In this document: piece by piece, positions 57,352-64,000 of the stretch
How positions within the stretch are numbered: the stretch's first letter is position 1
How the letters are laid out: every line of letters starts with the position of its first letter
From: an uncultured bacterium
Lineage (GTDB): Bacteria > Krumholzibacteriota > Krumholzibacteriia > Krumholzibacteriales > Krumholzibacteriaceae
Reading direction: 5' to 3'
Length of the DNA stretch: 64,000 nt
Assembly: GCA_963786935.1 (NCBI GenBank)
Contig: CAWBAN010000004.1
Coordinates: 224,001-288,000 of the forward strand
Position numbers and translations under genes: made by a program
The notes under the pieces: model-generated
Seen by the model: only the letters and a program-made list of their open reading frames with translations
What the model was told of the DNA's origin: nothing
Databases searched by the model: none

Positions 57352-57383
57352 GGTCCCGGTCCGGCATCGGCCGGATCGGGACC
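57352..57383 (+). repeat. GC-rich hairpin between hcp and vgrG
   Basis: GGTCCCGGTCCGG-N6-CCGGATCGGGACC; no U tract. Confidence 0.6.
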
Positions 57384-57409
57384 GGCCTGCCTCCGCACGG
57401 AGGTGAAAC

Positions 57410-59203
57410 ATGACTGATCGCGAAACAACGCTTCTCGAGACGCCCGCGGAATGCCTGATCCGCGTGAACAACAAGGAAATCAAGTTCAACATATCGCTCG
57501 TGCGGCTGGACCAGTTCGTCGACGCGCATCATCAGCTCGTGGTCCGCATCCAGCAGGTGGGGAAGAAGGAATCGGGGAAGGATTTCGACGATCCCGCCGA
57601 GTACGCGCAGTTTCTCGGAAACGGCATCAGCGTCAACATCAATCCCAAGGGGGGCGTGGTCGACCCGGCGCGCGCGCTCGAGTTCATCGGCGTGATCACC
57701 GACGTGCAGATCGACAACAGCATCGACGGGCTCAACACCGTGCTGATCGACGCCGCCTCGCCCACCATCGCCATGGACGGCGCCGTTCGCAACGCGCATT
57801 TCTACGACAAGACCGCGAGCGAGATCGTCGGCTCCATCCTCGGCAAGTACCCGATCACGGTGGGCGCGATCGAATCGACGAAGGGGACGTACAAGTTCGA
57901 CACGCAGTACCGCGAAACCGATTACGACTACGTCATGCGCCTCGCCGCCGGCGCCGGCGTGTTCGCGTGGTATTCCGGGAGGGACTTCAACCTCGGGCCG
58001 GCCAAGGGGGACAAGACCGTCGAGCTGAAATGGCGCGAGGATCTCGGGGCCTTCAGGCTGGGGCTCGGCACCGCTCCGGTCGAGTTCAAGGCCGACGTAT
58101 ACAACTACGAGCAGAAGAAAACCTACTCGCAGGACAGCAAATCCATCTCCCAGGATGCCGCGCTCTCGAACCTCTCGAAGACCTCGCCGGACGCCTCGCG
58201 GAAGATCTACAAGGATTCGGGATTCTCGCCGGCGCCGAAAACCGTGCAGGACGCGCAGACGCTCGACGCGACGCTCAAGAACGAGCGGCGCAAGGCGATG
58301 GGATCGATGATCAGGTGCACGGGGCAATCGATCGTCCCCGAGGTCCGCGTGGGGAACTGCGTCCGGATCACGGGGATGGACAAGCTCGACGGGCAGTATT
58401 GGGTGATCGCCGTCCGGCACGTCTTCGACGAGAGCGGGAAATACCACAACACGTTCGTGTGCACGCCGCTCGATATCGCGTATCCGGGGGTGAAGGAGGC
58501 GCGCGCCGATCTCGCCTCCGGCGAGGTTCGGCAGGAGCAAATGGCCCCCGTCGCTCCGCCGAAGCGGGAGCCCCCGATCGGGCTTCACGTCGCGCGCGTC
58601 ATCGACCTGAAGGATCCCGAGAAGCTCGGCCGGATCAAGATCAGCTATCCGTGGCTCGACGCCGAGCAGACCGCGTGGGTGCGGATGGCGGTGCCGCACG
58701 CGGGAAAGGACCGCGGATGGTACTCGCTGCCCGAGGTCGACGACGAGGTGCTCGTCGGGTTCGAGCACGGGAACACCGATCATCCGGTCGTCCTCGGATG
58801 CCTCTACAACAAGGAGAACGCCCCGATGCAGGAGGCGATCTCCGCCGATAACGACGTCAAGATGTTCATGACGCGGAGCGGCAACAAGATCGTCCTGAAC
58901 GACAAGAGCGGCGCCGAGCAGATCGTCATCTCGCAGAAGGACGGAAAGAATCAGATCGTGTTGGATATATCGGGGCCGTCGATCGCGATCACGACGGACG
59001 GGGACGTCTCCATCAAGGGGAAGAAGAACGTCACCATCGAAGCCGATCAGGGGATCAGCCTGAAGGCGACGTCCGACGTGAAGATCGAGGGCGCCAACGT
59101 CACGATCAAGGCGAACGCGAATCTCACGGTCGAAGGGACCAACGCCGACGTCAAGGGAAACGCCATGGTCAACGTCAAGGGCGGCGTGATTAACCTCAAC
59201 TAG
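57410..59203 (+). CDS. vgrG: VgrG/TssI spike protein
   Basis: QYRETDYDYV.RLA, DPEKLGRIKI..W, LPEVDDEVLVGFEHGN..HP.VLG, TRSGN, beta-helix tail. Confidence 0.92.
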   Translation: MTDRETTLLETPAECLIRVNNKEIKFNISLVRLDQFVDAHHQLVVRIQQVGKKESGKDFDDPAEYAQFLGNGISVNINPKGGVVDPARALEFIGVITDVQIDNSIDGLNTVLIDAASPTIAMDGAVRNAHFYDKTASEIVGSILGKYPITVGAIESTKGTYKFDTQYRETDYDYVMRLAAGAGVFAWYSGRDFNLGPAKGDKTVELKWREDLGAFRLGLGTAPVEFKADVYNYEQKKTYSQDSKSISQDAALSNLSKTSPDASRKIYKDSGFSPAPKTVQDAQTLDATLKNERRKAMGSMIRCTGQSIVPEVRVGNCVRITGMDKLDGQYWVIAVRHVFDESGKYHNTFVCTPLDIAYPGVKEARADLASGEVRQEQMAPVAPPKREPPIGLHVARVIDLKDPEKLGRIKISYPWLDAEQTAWVRMAVPHAGKDRGWYSLPEVDDEVLVGFEHGNTDHPVVLGCLYNKENAPMQEAISADNDVKMFMTRSGNKIVLNDKSGAEQIVISQKDGKNQIVLDISGPSIAITTDGDVSIKGKKNVTIEADQGISLKATSDVKIEGANVTIKANANLTVEGTNADVKGNAMVNVKGGVINLN

Positions 59204-59211
59204 GGATAACG

Positions 59212-59586
59212 ATGGAATACCTGTCGCTTCCGTTCGCGCTGCGCAAAGGATATCTCAAGAAAACGGGCATTCAGAATTCGATTTCCACTTCGATCGCGCT
59301 CATTCTGAGCACGCGGCGGGGCTCCCTGCCGTTCGATCCCGAATACGGATGCGACCTCTGGGAGCGGGAATATTCGGATCTCTTCATGGTCAACAAATCC
59401 GACGTGCAGGGCGCGGTCCGCACGGCGATCACGAAGAACGAGCCCCGGCTGTACAACGTTTCGGTGTCGCTCGTGAATATCGAGACCGGTCCGAACCATC
59501 CCCTCGGCCTCGCGATCAAGGTGATCGGCAATTTCAAGGAAGACAGGGAAGAGAAACGGTTCGAGGAAACGTTCAACGTAGGTTGA
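59212..59586 (+). CDS. tssE: TssE (gp25-like baseplate protein)
   Basis: SI...I.LILSTRRG..FDPEYGC.LW, AI..NEPRL. Confidence 0.88.
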   Translation: MEYLSLPFALRKGYLKKTGIQNSISTSIALILSTRRGSLPFDPEYGCDLWEREYSDLFMVNKSDVQGAVRTAITKNEPRLYNVSVSLVNIETGPNHPLGLAIKVIGNFKEDREEKRFEETFNVG

Positions 59587-59587
59587 T

Positions 59588-61255
59588 ATGGACGGCGAAA
59601 AGTTCAAGACGGCCGAGGAAATCTTCCGGGACATGCACCGCGAGCTGCGCTCCTGGAACGCCGAGATTCCCGAATCCGCCGAGCGGCTGGATCCGATTCT
59701 GCGGATCATGCTGCAGCTGTACGCGGGCCAGCTCGCCTCGATCGACCGGAAGATAACGGACACCTGGACGCACGCGTCCAACGCCCTGATCCGGTCGCTT
59801 TATCCCGAGAGCATGCGCTGGCCGGTACCCGCGTTTACGGTGATTCAGGCGGAGCCCTCCGATCCGGTCATTCACGTGGACCCCCAGTGCCGATTCTTCT
59901 ACAAGGAAGAGCGGGAAGGGGGACGGACCTTTTTCTTCTCGACGCTTCGAACCGAGAAGCTCCTGAGCGCGAAGCTGCGCAATCTCTACTACGTCGCGGG
60001 CGACGAAATCCGCGACATTTCCCCCGCTTCCGGGGAAGGGACGCGGGTGGCCGACCGGATAAGATCCGCCGTGCCCGCCGGCGGCGCGGCCGCCGTCTAC
60101 CTGGCGATCGAGCACGGCGGCCCGGCGGAGGATTTCGAGAACGCGCTGCTCTTCCTGCGGGGGAGCGCCGAGGCGCTCAAGCAGCTGCGGTGGTCGCGGT
60201 GGCTCCCGTGCGTCGACGGCCGGTTCTCCGAGGAAAGCGGATTCTGCCCGGGGCTCGCCGGCGCCATCGACGAGATGCTCGCGACCGGCGGCGCGGCCCT
60301 CGACTGGGGAGGCCTCAGGAGGAGCAGCGACATATTCAGGCCCCTCGAGAACAACCTCGTGATGATGCCGCGCGGATTCGTCACGCCGTGGCGGCGCGGG
60401 ACGCCCGACGCCGCGTTCATGAAGGCCCTCGGCGAGGCGGGCGCGGCGCTCCCCGAGTCGCCGGAAACGCTGTTCTGGATCCGCGCGCAGCTGCCGTCGC
60501 GCGGGGACCGGGCCGCGTTCCAGGCGCCGTTCCGGGCGGATTTCGACTGCTTCATCGCCGTCAACCGGCACGAGCAGACGCTGTTCAAGCACACGGGAGG
60601 CAACCGGCTCATCGAGATCGAGATCCCCGAGAATCCGGACAACGTTCTCGAGATCATCTCGGTCATGGATTCGAGCGGAAAAACCTACATTCCGCAGCAC
60701 GAAGCGCTCACGTCGGACGAGAGCAGGTTCTACAACATGATCGAGCAGGGGGGGCGCCTCTCGCTCTGGTTCGATTTCTCGTCGACCATCGAGCTCCCGC
60801 CCGACGCGATCACGGTCAACTACTCGGTGACGGCGGGGACGCTCGCCAACGGCATCTCCGCCGGCAAGATCACCGAGCTGTACCAGAGTCATCCCGGCGT
60901 CGCCTCGCTGCGGAACATCGTCCCCGTCGCCGGCGCCGTGCCGGCGAAGAACGAGCGGCAGATCGTCGCCGAGGTCTCGGCGCGCCTGCGCGGGCGCGAT
61001 CGCGCGATGTCGTTCGACCAGCTGATCGGCTGGGTGCGGACGTTCGACGGGCGGATCGCCGAGGCGAGCTGCGAAAAGGGCGTCATGAAGACGGACGGCG
61101 GCGTCAGGAAATGCGTGGTGGTGCGGGCGTTTGTCAAGGCGAAGGAATTCTATTCGGACGACGAGATCGAGCTCCTGCGCGTCCGTCTCGAATCGTTTCT
61201 CAAGGCGCGCGCGTCGATCAACAGCCAGTTCAAGGTGGAGATACTGAAATCGTGA
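59588..61255 (+). CDS. tssF: TssF baseplate subunit
   Basis: W..I....LDPILR.ML..A.L..I..L..LYPE...PVPA.TV..AEP; RDRA near the C-terminus; follows tssE. Confidence 0.8.
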   Translation: MDGEKFKTAEEIFRDMHRELRSWNAEIPESAERLDPILRIMLQLYAGQLASIDRKITDTWTHASNALIRSLYPESMRWPVPAFTVIQAEPSDPVIHVDPQCRFFYKEEREGGRTFFFSTLRTEKLLSAKLRNLYYVAGDEIRDISPASGEGTRVADRIRSAVPAGGAAAVYLAIEHGGPAEDFENALLFLRGSAEALKQLRWSRWLPCVDGRFSEESGFCPGLAGAIDEMLATGGAALDWGGLRRSSDIFRPLENNLVMMPRGFVTPWRRGTPDAAFMKALGEAGAALPESPETLFWIRAQLPSRGDRAAFQAPFRADFDCFIAVNRHEQTLFKHTGGNRLIEIEIPENPDNVLEIISVMDSSGKTYIPQHEALTSDESRFYNMIEQGGRLSLWFDFSSTIELPPDAITVNYSVTAGTLANGISAGKITELYQSHPGVASLRNIVPVAGAVPAKNERQIVAEVSARLRGRDRAMSFDQLIGWVRTFDGRIAEASCEKGVMKTDGGVRKCVVVRAFVKAKEFYSDDEIELLRVRLESFLKARASINSQFKVEILKS

Positions 61256-62156
61256 TGAGCGGCGCGGAACGGATAATGCCCGATTTCACCGGCCGTCGGT
61301 ACCGGTTCCACTACCTGACGGCCATCAACCTCCTCGACGGAATGGGCGTGCCCCTCGTCGATATCCGCCTGCGGGCGGAAGGGGAGTACGAGAATTACCG
61401 CGGGGAGATCCGCTCGCAGGATCCCCGCCCGGAACGCCGATCCCGCCGGGAACGATCGTCACGCTCCACGTGGGATGCTTCAGCGCGGTCGATTTCTTCC
61501 CGTACCAGTTCTTTTACGGGCTCCAGGGGATCCGCGAGGGGGGCGACGCGTGGGAGACGGACGCGCGGTCGATCCTGGCGCCGTTCGACGCCGCGACGAT
61601 CCGCTACGCCGCCGCCATGCGGATGCAGGCGCTCCGCTACGATTTCGGCGTCGCGGACGCCGGCCACCGCGGGCGCTTCATGGAGCTGTTCGAATACCGG
61701 CCGGGGGAGGGGATCCGGGACGCCCGGCAGACGGCGTATCTCGCGGCGATCCTGCCGTCGCTCCACCTGTGGGGCGGGAATCCCGAGGCGGTGACGGTTG
61801 TATTGAAGAGGCTCTTCGGATATGATGTGCGGCTGAAGGAAAACGCGAAGACCGAGACGCCGATCCCCGACGAGCTCCGGTACCGGCTCGGATCGAAGGG
61901 GGCGCGGCTCGGATTCGATACGGTGATCGGCGCCTCGTTCGAGGAGCGCGACAGCGGATATGTCGTGGAGTTCGTCGGCGTGCCTCCCGGGAAGATCCGC
62001 GATCTGCTGCCCGGGGGACGCACGCGACGCGGCGCGGAGGCGTTCCTCGATTACTGCATGCCGGGCGATCTGGACCGCTCGATCGCCGTCACGGTCGGGA
62101 AGCGGGAGGCGCGGGAGAGCGCGCAACGGTATCTCGGGCTTTCGACGTACCTGTGA
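61255..62156 (+). CDS. tssG: TssG baseplate subunit with N-terminal PASTA-like domain; apparent 1-nt frameshift near 61425
   Basis: MPDFTG..IRSQDP in the 61255 frame continues as GTPIPPGTIVTLHVG..ARSILAPFD..LPSLH..GN..RLG..LG in the 61470 frame. Confidence 0.72.
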
Positions 62157-62199
62157 AGCGGGCGTGCCGCGGGACGCATTGACACGGTGAGGTAAGACG

Positions 62200-63651
62200 A
62201 TGGATGGATTCAAGCTGCAATCGGTGAACTGGCGCGACGGAATGCTCCTGAGCATGGGGCACCTGCGCGCCCAGGAAAGCTACCTCGAAGAGCTCGTCCG
62301 CTGGCATGCCTTCGACGAAGGGGACCGGTACGGCCTCGTGCGGAAGGATCCGGCGCAGCCGCCGCTGCGGCTGAGCGCGACGGTGAGCGGGAACAGACTC
62401 CGGGTCGAGGTGAGCCGCTGCCAGGCGCTCCTCCCCTGCGGGATGGCGGTGGAGTTCGGCGGATCGACAAGCGAGGGTGGGGTGCTCAAGGCCGAAATGG
62501 ATGCTCCGGCGACCCGCGTCCCCGTGTTCCTCGGCGTCAATCCCGGGGAGAAGCGGCAGGTGGGGAACCCCGATCCGTCGGAAGAGGTGCCCCGGATTCC
62601 GTACGAGATACCGGCGTTCCGGATCGCCCTCGGCGAGCCGCCGAACCTTCCCGAGTCGATGTATCTCCCGATCGCCGTGCTCGCCGTGAGCGGTTCCGAT
62701 GTGGCCCCGGCGGCCGACTACTTCCCCCCCTGCATGAGCGTCAACGCCGACGAGCGGCTCTCCTCGATGGCGATCGATCACCGGAACCGCCTCGAGAACC
62801 TCCTCAAGCTCTCCATCAACGCCTATATCGCCGCCTCCTCGGACAAGGGGATCGAAGGCGCGTCGACGAAGCTCCAGAGCGCCTTCCGTGAGACGTCGCA
62901 CGATCTCGTGTATCATATGGCCGCGCATCTCGACGATTTCGTCGTCGGACGCGGCGCACCGCACCCGGCCGTGTACATGCTGCAGTTCAAGAAGCTGTTC
63001 CGCGTCGTCTCGGCGCTCCTTCACCTGCATCCGGGGCTCAAGGATTTCCTGAACGAGAAATTCTTCACGAAGGAGGGGGGCGCCGATATCGGCTCCTGGC
63101 TCTCGGCGATCGATTCCTTCCTCCTCTCCGCGTACGATCACCGGGACATCGCCGCTCAGATGCGCGCCGTCGATCGTATCCTCGGAACGATGCGCTCGCT
63201 CATGGCCTTCCTCTCGAAGACGAGTTCCGATCAGCTCGGCGAGCAGGCGGTGGCCACCGAGACGATCATGTACCGCGGGAAGACCTACCGGAACAGCGCG
63301 CTCGGCGCGAGCAAGCTCGAGGAGGTGGGCGAGCTGAACTTCCTCGTCATGAAGCTCGCCGAGCCGGGAGCGGTGAAGGACGCGGTGACCCTGATCAACA
63401 AAGATCTCTTCTCGGACGGCCAGTGGCGGAACATGCAGGTCCGCCTCGGCGTGAACGAGGCGCGCGGGCTCGGCGAGACCGACCCCGTCGAGGTCGACGT
63501 CACGAGCTACAGCAACAAGGTCGTGCTCCATCCGATGGACATGATGTCGTCGTCGTCGGTCAAGCAGGTGACCCTCATCTTCCGCGGCCTCCCCGATTCG
63601 AAGAAGCTGGCCGCGCTCGGCAAGACGGATCTCATTCTTTATATTTCGTGA
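62200..63651 (+). CDS. tssK: TssK baseplate subunit
   Basis: VNWRDGM....HL..QE, YGL, DYFPPC.SV. Confidence 0.8.
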   Translation: MDGFKLQSVNWRDGMLLSMGHLRAQESYLEELVRWHAFDEGDRYGLVRKDPAQPPLRLSATVSGNRLRVEVSRCQALLPCGMAVEFGGSTSEGGVLKAEMDAPATRVPVFLGVNPGEKRQVGNPDPSEEVPRIPYEIPAFRIALGEPPNLPESMYLPIAVLAVSGSDVAPAADYFPPCMSVNADERLSSMAIDHRNRLENLLKLSINAYIAASSDKGIEGASTKLQSAFRETSHDLVYHMAAHLDDFVVGRGAPHPAVYMLQFKKLFRVVSALLHLHPGLKDFLNEKFFTKEGGADIGSWLSAIDSFLLSAYDHRDIAAQMRAVDRILGTMRSLMAFLSKTSSDQLGEQAVATETIMYRGKTYRNSALGASKLEEVGELNFLVMKLAEPGAVKDAVTLINKDLFSDGQWRNMQVRLGVNEARGLGETDPVEVDVTSYSNKVVLHPMDMMSSSSVKQVTLIFRGLPDSKKLAALGKTDLILYIS

Positions 63652-63666
63652 TGGAGGGTGTGATCA

Positions 63667-64000
63667 ATGGGTGAGAGCATAACGTCATATATCGAGGATC
63701 TGTTCAGGTACCTCAATGCCTACGAGAGCGATTACGGATCCTTCCAGGCCGATGGATTCTTCCAGACGTACAACGGCATCGGCGCCGTGTTCCAGGCGCT
63801 CCGGGAGCAGCGCGACAAGGCGGTCGAGGTCGACCGCGTCTTCCTCGAGAAGATCAAGCAGCGGCCGCTCACGAGCTCCGATCTGCGGCAGCTGACCATC
63901 CAGGTCATCGTCTCGTTCTTCGAATCGGTCGCCGACACGGACGGCCGCTCGGGCAGCTCCTATATCTACTGCCGCGAGCTCAGGACCGTTCGGCAGGACG
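63667..64000 (+). CDS. hypothetical protein in the T6SS operon, truncated by the window edge
   Basis: GGAGGG RBS; MGESITSYIEDLFRYLNAYE.. open to the end with genome-typical codons; absent from the ORF track. Confidence 0.75.
   Translation, partial: MGESITSYIEDLFRYLNAYESDYGSFQADGFFQTYNGIGAVFQALREQRDKAVEVDRVFLEKIKQRPLTSSDLRQLTIQVIVSFFESVADTDGRSGSSYIYCRELRTVRQD

Noticed and set aside
52421..63651. Prophage tail, tailocin or eCIS
   Set aside because: The split TssB/TssC sheath, ClpV-like ATPase and TssK, with no tape measure, capsid, tail fibre or lysis genes, indicate a T6SS.

Overview
GC-rich diderm bacterial DNA. It looks non-Bacteroidetes and possibly FCB-related, but that is inference only. 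1-14 kb: housekeeping and envelope genes (tRNA-Leu, osmC-like, lpoB-like, smpB, amidase-GerMN-murI-rdgB, ABC-2 transporter, GT4, tRNA-Pro). 14.8-24.9 kb: a Pho locus with two paralogous porins, phoBR and pstSCAB-phoU, carrying 11-bp-periodic Pho-box-like repeats and several clustered stops and frameshifts. 25-40 kb: a cobalamin riboswitch with a BtuB-like receptor, a C69 peptidase, LPS glycosyltransferases (including a GT2-GT9 fusion), a MacB-like ABC transporter, OmpA, two ArnT-like GTs and a YchF-like protein. From 40.4 kb to the end lies the main discovery: a type VI secretion locus whose core (TssB, C, D, VgrG, E, F, G, K, ClpV) resembles the Bacteroidetes subtype T6SS-iii. It has atypical additions: a PP2C phosphatase, two membrane Ser/Thr kinases, an SH3/beta-barrel outer-membrane protein, a PAAR with TTR-like extension, a 1086-aa OmpA-like/PG-binding/HExxH effector candidate with adjacent lipoprotein and DUF1795-like adaptor, and a TssG with an apparent N-terminal PASTA domain. 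All family calls come from motif recognition by eye, not database searches.
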